A stretch of 64,000 nucleotides of DNA from Eledone cirrhosa. Lineage: Eukaryota. The position numbers and the translations under genes were made by a program. How positions within the stretch are numbered: the stretch's first letter is position 1; each line of letters opens with the position of its first letter. The stretch is taken from NCBI GenBank assembly GCA_964016885.1, contig OZ024742.1, forward strand, positions 14,942,001 through 15,006,000, written 5' to 3'. Positions 13,701 to 23,060 of the stretch are shown here, piece after piece. Below the pieces are notes generated by a model. The model made no database searches. It had not been told where the DNA came from and saw only the letters and a list, made by a program, of their open reading frames with translations.

Positions 13701-14186
13701 GGGGCTCTACCCATCCGAGAGAGGCTCTACAGACACGGGCGCCCGGGCAGGGATCCCTCAAAAAAGATTTGCCCTAGATGCGTGCGTCACGAAGAAACCG
13801 TTGCGCACGCATTGGTGCAATGTCCGGGCGTGGCTGATCTGTGGGGCTACGCCGAACGACTGCTGTCGCGGGTGGTGCCGATTCAATTGACCGCCGAGTC
13901 CGTGATGACAATCAAACCGCCTCCCCTCTTCACAAAGGAAGCAAAGGCGGTTTTTCTGTGCGTAATAGCCATGTTGAAAGAGGTTGTTTGGTGGACACGA
14001 TTGAAAGGTCTGAGGTCAGGCAACTTCCTCTCTGGCCATAGTCTGGTCTACTTCTTCCGATATCACTTCGGAAGAAGGATAAGAATAGAGAGAGAGGTGC
14101 TTGGCCACAGGCAGTTTTATGAAAGGTGGGTGATAGTGGCGAGAATGGCTCGTGTAAATGGGCCTTCTCTGTATACCATCCTGTAG
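10746..14186 (+). CDS. Intact LINE ORF2: APE endonuclease, reverse transcriptase, C-terminal CCHC (1146 aa)
   Basis: Uninterrupted ORF with CLNARGL, ICETR, AVYSP, AGDWN, SYLDRF, TDH; GPGYWKLN; KSPGLDG, FRPITLLN, LDQSKAFDRV, RQGCPLS, YADD; GGLG; CPRC..ET..H...QC. Confidence 0.93.
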   Translation: MDVLRVGCLNARGLGSTWKQAKLLNDLRSCGINVMVICETRISVVRQLAPTFDDFEVHASLCQSGGGGGVVVLLQKHLGLAVQVVHSDPEGRLLVLDVGSSEGAALRLVAVYSPFGAERPDFFQRLETFLGTSRSLLLAGDWNDILDARWNYAGACPNRGGGCNSLKGLLDRFNLVDRYRLDFPTVPTWTWRNHSGQSRSYLDRFLVRSKDRDILSCPEMRTVGYTDHKLVTCVVNLEKTHKQGPGYWKLNLSLPAKETYRNRISRLVKERLTGAIVNNRWWASLKREIRTESISYSKMLAADRNRNEKELTGKLEEAIKSEDVARVLASRTALNQFFDAKHEGCVIRSKIRALGNEGAKAVGWARVTEAKSGNRSTIRSLQDENGRVIREPKQMCEAFQRHFARLFGGGEGPGGGVDFGPYLDGLPRLSSEEAESCEGPISADEIGDALSQCSRRKSPGLDGIPYELYLAMPVFFSELLEAVYCNWQQNGRIPCSVAKGVVTLVRKDENKGDSINNFRPITLLNTELKILAKVLAKRLALVVGGLVGDAQTCAIPSRSIHDNLHLMRYIIERVGNKPGFGGALINLDQSKAFDRVDHGYLDAVLAAAGFGPVFRGWITALHSNHICSRIKVNGYLSKPFEITRSIRQGCPLSSLLYVLTLEPLLRKLELLQGISLEPGLSKAVSAYADDVTVMVSTDSEIEAIGTLLEDYERLSGAKLNREKSIGLQLGTWRGGPMPPDGVVGHWTEGPVKLLGVWFGPDFQVEKNWNEVTNKVFALTQKWAKCKLSLKGQAEVANIYIASVTYYRLTVVPCPKETLTTMERMLFQFLWKKRPPMVRRSICCQQPSKGGLGMPWLMMRRHALRLRHLQVFLTGQPVWAPFVKRAFPRLVSHTELQSWVKQRSGKLGDWHTECAQALRALWQAGQAVGGESTSSFYRGLVASRGDGTLGESLDMEEDELASLFGRTFGPGPMDNFQKSLAWQCYRGALPIRERLYRHGRPGRDPSKKICPRCVRHEETVAHALVQCPGVADLWGYAERLLSRVVPIQLTAESVMTIKPPPLFTKEAKAVFLCVIAMLKEVVWWTRLKGLRSGNFLSGHSLVYFFRYHFGRRIRIEREVLGHRQFYERWVIVARMARVNGPSLYTIL

Positions 14187-14400
14187 GTAAAGAAGTAAAG
14201 GAGAGGGGAGCACCTTCTCCATGTGCTCCCCGGGCAAAGGATTGCACACTTTTTCGGGGGTGTGTGCAACCCCCATCACGTCCCCTCCCTTTTGAGGTTA
14301 TTTTCGATTATTTTCATTTTATACCCTTTTTACTCGATTGTATGTAAACTCCCCCTTTGTATTTGTCCCTTCTTTTTATGCCTTTATGGTAAATAAAGAA

Positions 14401-14421
14401 ATCTATCTATCTATCTATCTA

Positions 14422-14480
<59 letters not shown>
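14401..14480. repeat. (ATCT)6 followed by ~(AT)28
   Basis: Read directly from sequence. Confidence 0.97.
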
Positions 14481-14483
<3 letters not shown>

Positions 14484-14620
14484 AAATACTTATAATTTAT
14501 GTGTGCGTGCGCGCGTAAGTCAGGATGGATACAGTTTGAAACTGGTTAGACCAGTTTCAAACTGTATCCATCCTGACTTACGCGCGCACGCACACATATA
14601 AATTATAAGTATTTCAAATA
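14478..14620. repeat. Near-perfect inverted repeat (69/71-bp arms, 3-nt loop)
   Basis: 14478-14546 is the reverse complement of 14550-14620 apart from a 2-nt TA indel; loop TAG. Confidence 0.95.
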
Positions 14621-14986
14621 AGGAACTAAAAACATTGTCTGGTAGATTTCTAGGAGTTTCCAATTATTTCTAAAACCCTTATGTGTGACCAGTTGTCGCA
14701 TTTGGCGGTGAATTGATGGTCGTTTTCGTTTCCTCTTTTTGTGTATTATATTTGTGAGCTTATTAACAATAATTAAATGTTTTTTTTATTATTTTTATGA
14801 GTTGATATTTCCATTCTGAAAGGATTTGTAATGATATTTATACAAATATGAATAATAAAAAAATTTACTTTCTAAACTTCTTTTGCAATTGACAGAGTTA
14901 ATCCCCTTGATTACTACGTGGCGCTCTCCTGTCTAGGTTGAATGGTGAAGTACTTTTAGTGATCACATTGTGTCGTCGTGAAAATT

Positions 14987-15117
14987 ATGATCGCCGCTGA
15001 CACACAACAAATGTTATTCCCTACAGTTTCCGACGTTGTGTTCGTTATTGAATCCACTGCTAATCTCGCCGCTCACAAAGATATATTAAAAACATCATAT
15101 ATTCAACCAACTCTTGA
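14987..15117 (+). CDS. MED25: Mediator subunit 25, coding exon 1 (vWA domain start)
   Basis: MIAADTQQMLFPTVSDVVFVIESTANLAAHKDILKTSYIQPTL(E) matches the MED25 motif ADVVFVIEGTANL. Donor GA|GTAAGT, phase 2. Confidence 0.92.
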
Positions 15118-15203
15118 GTAAGTTCCTTATGTTTGTTTATTATTACCATTAATCTGTCACACACTCTCTCTATATATAAATACATATATCCTGTTCCATT
15201 GCT

Positions 15204-15214
15204 AAAATGGCGGC
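15204..15214 (+). promoter_or_regulatory. YY1-like motif AAAATGGCGGC at the start of intron 1
   Basis: Matches the YY1 consensus AANATGGCGGC near the gene 5' end; function untested. Confidence 0.4.
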
Positions 15215-15575
15215 GTGTTTCGATTTCTAATTTCAATTTCTTTTATATTATAAACACTCACATATTGACATACTTAATTGCACAGTATATTTCTTGTGTT
15301 CATTTCTAATGTAGTATTACACTCTTTTTAATAGTTTAGTTGGATGATTCTGTATTTTTATTTTGGGAATGGAAAACTTATGTCGTCTAAAGAGAATATA
15401 CATGCATACTCCAAGAATGAAACAAACGACGGAATCTTACAGGGCCGCTAGAAATAGCAGCCAAAATATAACTGATCCAAACTCGAACACCTTTGTGCAT
15501 TGGTTTGCATGATCTAGTCTAATGGATAAACAACAGCATATTGTGTTAATATAATATATATATATATAAATATCT

Positions 15576-16447
15576 GGCGTTTCTTACTATTAGCGGTGTC
15601 AAGAATGAGAGTAAATTTATTTTCATTTTCGATAGTTTATTAAACGAAACATCGCGGATAATGAAAGTAAATTTATTTAACGTCGTGGATAATGAAAGTA
15701 AAATTATTTTCATTTCGATTATTTATTTTCATTAAACCCCAAAATAACTTGATTGTTTCTCATGTTGTGTGTGTTGAAAAAAACGACATATTTAAAGGTT
15801 TATTGCATATAAAATTTTAAATTACCAAACTTATTTAAATGTTTACTACACCATATAAATAGGTGCAATACAGTTTATCATTTCGCCAAACTTGTTGGCC
15901 CCCAAGTCTCTGCCGCAAATACTGCTCACAAATTTCTCTAATGAAATTGCACCAGTCTATAACTGTCCGTTCGGAGACTCCCGTTTCTCTAATCATCTCA
16001 ACTTGTGTGTGATCATAGCACCACATGTATATAATACCAATAAGGTGATCCAGTTGCACATGGCTTCGTTCAAAAAAAGAATTTCGTCGCACCGATTGAC
16101 TGAATTTGTCGCGGTTGCACCGCCATCTCAATTTATCGACACCCCCAGAATACCGGTTCAATCTGCAAGCCTCATCATTACAAACAGGACAATTCACACT
16201 GTTTGCCAACCACTGCAACACACGGAGTTGCAGGTATTAGAGTAAAAATTATTATATTATCATTAAGGATGTCATTTGCATCCACAATATCATCAGCTAA
16301 CGTAGTTCGACCATATACTCGTCCAGACATTTTTGTTATGAGATAAACAATCGAAAATGAAAATAAAATTCATTTTCATTTTCACGACCTTCGAAAATGA
16401 AAATAAATTTACTTTCATTCTTGACACCGCTAATAGTAAGGAACGCC
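15576..16447 (-). mobile_element. Non-autonomous Merlin (IS1595/ISXO2-like) DNA transposon with internal deletion
   Basis: ~57-bp TIRs (GGCGTTYCTTACTATTAGCGGTGTCAAGAATGARAGTAAATTTATTTTCATTTTCGA, 2 mismatches); 9-bp TSD TAAATATCT/TATATATCT. ORF 15835-16221 has the Zn ribbon CPVC..WRC, SVRRNSFFE and HTH-like TVIDWCNFIREIC, but no DDE domain. Confidence 0.85.
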
Positions 16448-16600
16448 TATATATCTCTATATATATTTATTTATTTATTTCATTAAGGCTAAATAGTGAG
16501 ATTCTGGAGTTTTGCCTGTTTATCACAGGGTCATCAGACAAGTTGGCCGTCAACCACACACACACATATATATACAAATAAAAAATATATATTTTCTCTA

Positions 16601-16699
16601 GCTCTGACAGTTGGCAGGTGAACAGTGAGCTGTACTGATGAAGGGTGATACCCAGAAACATTAGCGTCTGCAGTTCTGTTTACCTGCCAACACAAGAGC
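16601..16699 (+). ncRNA. Type I hammerhead-like ribozyme in MED25 intron 1 (Penelope/retrozyme style)
   Basis: CTGATGA 16635-16641, stem II GGGT-GAT-ACCC, GAAAC 16655-16659, GTC 16666-16668. Stem I: GAGCTGTA/TGCAGTTC, 2-nt bulge, GTTGGCAGGTGAACA/TGTTTACCTGCCAAC. Confidence 0.7.
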
Positions 16700-17129
16700 A
16701 AGAATGAAGGGTTCATTCTACTAACATGGCTTTAAAAATGAGGCTTGTTTGCATAATTGCAAACGAATCGAATATTATTATTAATATTCGAAAAAGTCAA
16801 ATTACACACACACACACATATATATAAATGTGTGTGTTGGTTCTCAGTTCCAATAACGGATGTTCTAGTTGATACAATCAACGGAACAGCCTGATCGTAA
16901 AATTAACGTGTAAGTGTCTGAGCATACCACAGACACCAGTAGCCTTAACATAGTTCTCAGGGAGATTCAACGTGACCAGGGCCGGATTTGGTGGAGGGGT
17001 GGGAGGTTTTCCCTGACCCCTTGCTGTGGGGTGCCCTACCAGCAACGGTCATAGAATAACAGCAAATGTTTTAAATATATACATAAATAACAGCATCAAC
17101 ACCATTGTCTGCAGCATCAGTGAAATGAA

Positions 17130-17275
17130 GAACAGCAGCAGCAGCAGCAACAACAACAACAGCAACTACAATAACAACTACAGCAGCAACAACTGCCATC
17201 ACCATCACTGACCATCCACCACCACCACCTCCATTACCAGCGTAAAGCAAACAATTATTATTATTATTATTATAT
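17130..17275. repeat. Compound trinucleotide microsatellite (AGC/AAC/ACC/ATT)
   Basis: Read directly from sequence. Confidence 0.85.
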
Positions 17276-17499
17276 ACAAGCTGAACTGGACTGGGAAAGG
17301 TCAACAGTTGACATGATTTTGATTTTGTATCAGTACTGCCGGTAATATATATATATGTGTGTTTGTGAGTGGTGTGTGTGTTTGTATGCATGAATGAGTA
17401 TTGGTATGTGAGTGGCGTGTGTGTGGTTGTGGTTTGTATGCATGAGTGTTGGTGTGTGTGCGTCGTGTCAATAATTTTTTTTTTTTTAATGACCATGCT

Positions 17500-20400
17500 G
17501 TAAAATGGAAGGGTAGAGAGGGCCCTTGAGTCTAGTAAGACATCCTCTCTAGTGCTGGTGGCACAAATAAAAGCACCCAGTCCATGCTGTAAAGTGGCGC
17601 TGGTGTTAGGAAGGGCATCCAACCAGTGTATCAATGCCAAAACGCTTATCAGCACAGCAACAAATAGGAACAACAACAAAATATGAAGACGTCGCATCTC
17701 AGAGTTGCAACACTTAATGTTGGCACTCTCTGAGGTAGATCTGCTGAAATAGTGGAGATGCTGGAGAGAAGGCAGGTGGATGTGTGCTGCATGCAAGAGG
17801 TGAGATGGAGAGGTGCCTCTGCGAGACTAGTCGTAGGCAAACGTCTTAGCTATAAGCTATTCTGGGTAGGTAGGGATGATGGGTTAGGAGGAGTAGGCAT
17901 TTTCCTGGCTGAGAAATGGATCAATAAGACAATAGAGGTAGTTTGAGTTAGTAATCGAATAATTAAGCTTAGATTAGTTGTAGGCAGGAGACTACTGACA
18001 ATCATCTCGGCCTATGCTCCCCAAGCAGGCCTAGGCAAAGATGAGAAAGACTGCTTTTACGAGCAACTTTTACAAACAACCGCAATGACAGAGGACGGAG
18101 ACATCGTTATGCTAGCAGGAGACTTCAATGGTCATGTTGGACAGCTCCAGGATGGTTACACTGGGGTACATGGTGGGCACGGTTACGGCTCAAGAAATGA
18201 AGAAGGAGTGAAACTTGTTGAATTTTGTGATGCGAGTACATTGACTATTTGCAACACAAACTTCCAGAAACCTGCCAATCACCTAATAACCTACAAATCT
18301 GGTGAGCACATAAGCCAGATTGACTTCTTACTAGTTAGGCAGCGGGACAGGCAGATAGTGTCTAATAACAAGGCATACCCTGGGGAAGAATGTACCCCAC
18401 AGCATAGGTTAGTTGTTAGTGATATCTCAGTAAGCAAGAGATGGAATGAGACATATAGGAAGGTGTGGAGAAAAAAAGGTCTGGAAGCTAAAAGCCTTTT
18501 CACTAAAATACAAATTTAGAAAAGCCCTTCAAGATGTATATGACGAAAAAGAAGACGATTTAGAGACGTATGACATAGATAATAACTGGAATTTCTTACG
18601 TGACAACTTGCTGCAGGCTACTGATGAAACAAGACAGAGAATGACCTGGTGGTGGAACAGCACAGTAGATAAGGCCATTAGAGACAAAAGACTAGCATGG
18701 AAGGCTTGGAAAAAGGGTGGGAGTAGGGAAGAATATACAGCCACTAAGAGAGAAGCTAGACGTCAGGTGTACTTAGCACGCAGGGAGGCGGAGAGTAGGA
18801 GGTTTGCCAATGTTCTGCAACGGGAAGATCAGAGGCGTGCGGTGTTCCACATTGCAAGGCAGTGTGTCAATGCAAATCAGGATGTTGTTGGAGATAAATG
18901 TGTCCAGGATGATGCCGGTGTACTTAGTGTCATGAATGATCAAAAAAAAGGAGGCCAGGAAATGTCATTATGAGATACTGATGAATGTGGAGAACAAATG
19001 GGAGAAAGAGAAATTACCCTTGGTAGATCCGACAGAGGGACCAGCTATTGAGATTGACGAATATAGGGTCCAAGAGGTAATTAGGGAAATGGAAAATGGT
19101 AAGGCTGCCGGACCATCGGGAATAGTTGCTGAGATGCTGAAGGCATCGGGATGTAGGCATTAAACTCATAAATTGCTACAAAGGTAAAGGGGATGCTCTG
19201 GAGAGGAGCAATTATAGGGGTATAAAACTGATAGATCAGGTTATGAAAGTGCCAGAAAGGATATTAGCACAACTAATTAGAGAAAGGGTCAAACTAGATG
19301 AGATGCAGTTTGGTTTTGTGCCTGGGAAGAGTACAACAGATGCCCTCTTGGTGAGACAATTACAAGAGAGGTTCTTAGAGAAGAATAAGCCACTATACTT
19401 AGCCTTTGTTGACCTAGAGAAGGCCTTTGATAGGGTACCTCGATCTGTCATCTGGTGGTCCCTAAGGAAGCTAGGTGTTGAGGAATGGCTTGTGAGGACA
19501 GTGCAAACTTTGTACAGAGGTACTCTCAGTAAAGTCAGTGTAGGAATGGAGTTTAGTGAGGAATTCCAGATACAAGTAGGAGTACATCAGGGTTCGGTCC
19601 TCAGCCCGCTCTTGTTCATTATAGTCCTCCAAGCCATAACAGAGGAGTTTAAGACTAGCTGTCCATGGGAACTTCTCTATGCTGACGATCTGGTTCTTAT
19701 AGCAGAATCAGTAGAGGAGCTAGAGAATAAATTCTGGCTATGGAAACAGCAGTTGGAAGCAAGAGGACTGAGAGTGAACCTAGCTAAGACAAAAGTGTTG
19801 ATGAGTAGAAAAGAGGACAAAACCCTGATTCCATCAGGGAAATGGCCATGTTCGATATGCAGAAAAGGAACCGGCATAAATTCTGTAAAATGCACACAAT
19901 GCAGATCCTGGGTACACAAGAGATGTAGCGGCATAGCAGGCAAACTAACAGGTAGGGAGAAATATGTATGCAGTAGATGTACAGGGAAATTAGACAGTAG
20001 AAGTCGCATTGATAGACACATTTTTCAAATGCAGGAGGGCGCTATAGAAGTGGTGGATAGCTTCCGGTACCGAGGAGATAAGATTAGCATGGGAGGAGGG
20101 TGTTCCGAGGCCATAGTGTCTAGAATAAGGACGGGTTGGAAGATGTTTAGGGAGCTGCTTCCTCTGTTGACGAAGAAGGGTTTCTCCCTGCGTACGAAAG
20201 GCCGGTTGTATGATGCCTGTGTGAGGAGTGCGATGCTGCATGGTAGTGAGACATGGGCAGCAACTGCAGAGGATATGCGACGGCTGGAGAGAAATGAGGC
20301 AAGCATGCTCCGTTGGATGTGCGTGAACGACCCAGCATAAATGTGTTGAGAGAGAAACTGTCTGAGAGGGATAGAATGTAGTGTACGGGAGAGGAGACTG

Positions 20401-20661
20401 AGGTGGTATGGACATGTGATGCGCATGGAGGATGACCGATGGGTGAAGAAGTGCCAGGAAATGCCAGTTGAAGGAAGATGTGGTAGAGGTAGACCACGAA
20501 AAACATGGGCGGAGGTGGTGATAACAGACCTCAGATCATTGAAGCTCACGGTGGAGATGACGAAGGACCTTGACGAGTGGAGAGATGCTGTGGTGCTGAA
20601 TAAGACCCGTCCCACCCTTGCAAGCAGGGAAAAGCGGACGTAAAATGATGATGATGATGAT
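17500..20661 (+). mobile_element. RTE-clade LINE, near full length and disabled, with PHD-like finger and (ATG)n tail
   Basis: ATG 17683 starts LRVATLNVGTL..DVCCMQEVRW, AYAP, GDFNGH, QIDF (APE); QFGF, FVDLEKAFDRV, HQGSVLSP, LYADD (RT); RWYGHV..GRGRPRKTW. Several stops and frameshifts; tail at 20645-20661. 5' boundary approximate. Confidence 0.9.
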
Positions 20662-22779
20662 AAATAACCTCCAGCTTGGTTTCTACATAATTTTCTAAAT
20701 ACAAGTAGTAGATGACAGTTGTTGATCGATTCTTTCAGAAAGAAATATTCTTTTAATGTTGCAATATTAAAGAAAATGTAAAAGAAAGGATGAACAACGG
20801 AGCCAACACCAGAGCAAAAGAAAAGACAGAAGCGTCGTGAGGAGTACCGGGCAACCTCTCTAATGATTTTTGAGGCAAGCCAGCACACTCACAGCGTTGC
20901 CTTGGGTGATGGTGAGGCTAATGCGCTAGAACAATCAAGCGCTCTTGCGAGATTTGCCAGTTACCTCTATTAGGCGAACCGCAGTGAAGAGAGGAACATC
21001 GCAGTCAGCGGCCCGACTCCCCCAAACGTCTAGAAAGCCACAGGCTGAAAAATGTAGATGGCCGACAGATCAGAGTAAGGGTCTTAATCTGCTTGGTTGC
21101 GTAGCAATTTATTTGTGCCTTCAGCTGAGATTTTAAGTTTTAGGATGGTTAACAATTTTGAATTTAATACCTGTATGTATAACTTTTTAATTCCAGTTAC
21201 TTGCGCCAAGCTAACTTTGATATGTAAAATTTGGGGGTTTTGCTGTGTATTTTAATTTTTTGTGTATGAGTCGTCGTCCCCTGCCCCCAAAAAACTTGTG
21301 CCCCGGGCCCCCACAAGTTCTAAATCCTACCTTGCCCATGAGTCCTCTCTACCCTGTGGTTTCTGCATTTTATTGTCCCTAATTCTATGATACTCTTGCA
21401 GTTTTTTTAAAATGTTTATATTTATCTAAAAACCTTTCAACATGATTTTATGTGAGAATATTTATGTTCCAAACACTGACTTAATAAAGGGAAAGTTTGT
21501 TATATTTACTAAGTTTCTCCAAATTCTTGATTGTTTTCAGAATGATTTGAAAATTATAGGTATTAGAAATATGGCAAGTGTTAAGAGGGCACATGTCTGT
21601 GTGATAACTATATATACTATAGCCTCAGGTTGACCAATATTTTGTGAGGGAAACTGTATAGAAGCCTGCTGTAAATGTGTGTGTTTTCTGTACATTGCTG
21701 GTTGTTTAGATACCTCATAACTTAGCAGTTTGATAAATAGCTATTGATAAAATAAGTACTGGGGCCAGTATGAATAACTTAAAACTCCTTCCCATCATGG
21801 CTTCAGTCATTAGACAGATCCCAATTTTTCATCCAATCCAGTCTGAGGCCATCTCACTCTTGATGGAGGAGCCCCTCCTTGGTTGACCTACACCACTTTC
21901 TGTTGAGTTTTAATCATGTCAGGAGTATAGCCATATTCACCATGCTTCGCCAATTGTGGGTTGGTGAGGCTATTTATCCCATGTTTCCATATTTAGAGTT
22001 AATTCTTTGGCTGCATGTGCTTGGGTGGTCTTGCTTAGAGACGTTGCTTCTGACAGGACTCGCTGGTAGGAGTTTTTGGGGACTCTGCCTCCATGACCCT
22101 GGGTGGTTTTCTGCTAGCCTCTGTAGTGTGTATATTGATATTATACACAAGTATATATGCATGTAGATATGATACATCAAATAAAATCGTAATTGACAAT
22201 ATACACAGAAATTGAACAAAGATTGCGTTACACTGTCTTATGTAATCAGTAACGTAATCCATGATACATTAAAAAAAGACGATATTATATATAAACTGCA
22301 TTAGGAGAAAATTAGTGACGGGAATATATGAATGTTTATTTAAGCGATCGCTAACCAGAAGTGTTGACATTTGAAAATTTTAAAGAAGTGAATCTTAAAA
22401 TAAGCAACAAAATTATTTATATTTAATCAAGAATAACGAAATTTAGTAGATAAATTATGTAATATTCATTCATTATTTATTCAAAGTAATCCAACTTATT
22501 TTACAGATGGGATAACAAAATATATTCTGGACACAGTCCCGCACTCCTTACTTATTGTAGTTTAGATTAGCTGACGATTGAAGACTTTGGTCTTTGAATT
22601 GCTTGTACTACATATTTAACATTTGCTCAGTCTTACTTTAACTGTATTTGTGATTTGTTGGGTAAAAATAGCAATTTAACTTTTAAATATCAGAACACAA
22701 AAAAAAACTCATATTATCATTTCTAATTATCATAATTTTTGATTATTCACTTATTTTAAACCAATTTTGTTTTCTTCAG

Positions 22780-22825
22780 ATATTTCAATGGGGGACCACC
22801 AGATCCCACAGATTATGGATGTGAT
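22780..22825 (+). CDS. MED25: MED25 coding exon 2
   Basis: ttcttcag|A TAT TTC.. encodes (E)YFNGGPPDPTDYGCD, then gtaagt; compare human YFNGGPPAETDFGGD. Phases fit. Confidence 0.92.
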
Positions 22826-22871
22826 GTAAGTTATAAATACTTACTTGTAAGGTATTTGATTTATCTATTAG

Positions 22872-23060
22872 TTTAAAGTGCTCATCATAGAGGTTGGAGC
22901 CAGAGGCTTTGTGGGCAAATCGGCCTATAATCTCATGAAACAACTTTTAGTCTCTGGGAAGACGAAGACCAAAGCGCTAAAGGCAATTTCAGAGGCTGCG
23001 GAAAGGAGTTCCAGCTGATCTGGTCGAGGAGGAACAAAAATGTCATTTATAAAGTGGTAG
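22872..23060 (+). mobile_element. 3' fragment of a HERO-like (restriction-like endonuclease) retrotransposon
   Basis: IEVGARGFVGKSAYNLMKQL..KALKAISEAAERSS/WIWSRR resembles the EVGxRGF..AE..S.W.W.RR C-terminus of HERO elements (recalled motif). Confidence 0.6.

Larger units (their letters stand above)
8595..14400 (+). mobile_element. L1/Tx1-type retrotransposon copy 3, apparently full length (5' UTR, ORF1, ORF2, 3' UTR)
   Basis: ~400-bp leader, ORF1 8994-10712, 33-nt spacer, ORF2 10746-14186, AATAAA 14392-14397, then (ATCT)6. Confidence 0.93.
16977..21334. mobile_element. Possible old hAT-like element enclosing the RTE
   Basis: CAGGGCCGGATTT at 16977 and degenerate inverted AAATCCTACCTTG ending 21334, with G/C-rich subterminal tracts; no convincing 8-bp TSD. 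Confidence 0.25.

Noticed and set aside
160-14347. Many antisense and alternate-frame ORFs over the LINEs
   Set aside because: Shadows of ORF1/ORF2 with no independent motifs; they recur only because the copies are homologous.
14690-14940. Possible non-coding first exon and intron of MED25 (GTGAG at ~14754, CTAG acceptor at 14936)
   Set aside because: Plausible splice signals, but not supportable without transcript data.
17071-17796. 241-aa minus-strand ORF
   Set aside because: Made of microsatellites and the antisense of the RTE 5' end.
21800-22110. Possible degraded minus-strand RTE 3' fragment
   Set aside because: Only faint similarity (NVS.QDHP..YGN); too weak to call without alignment.
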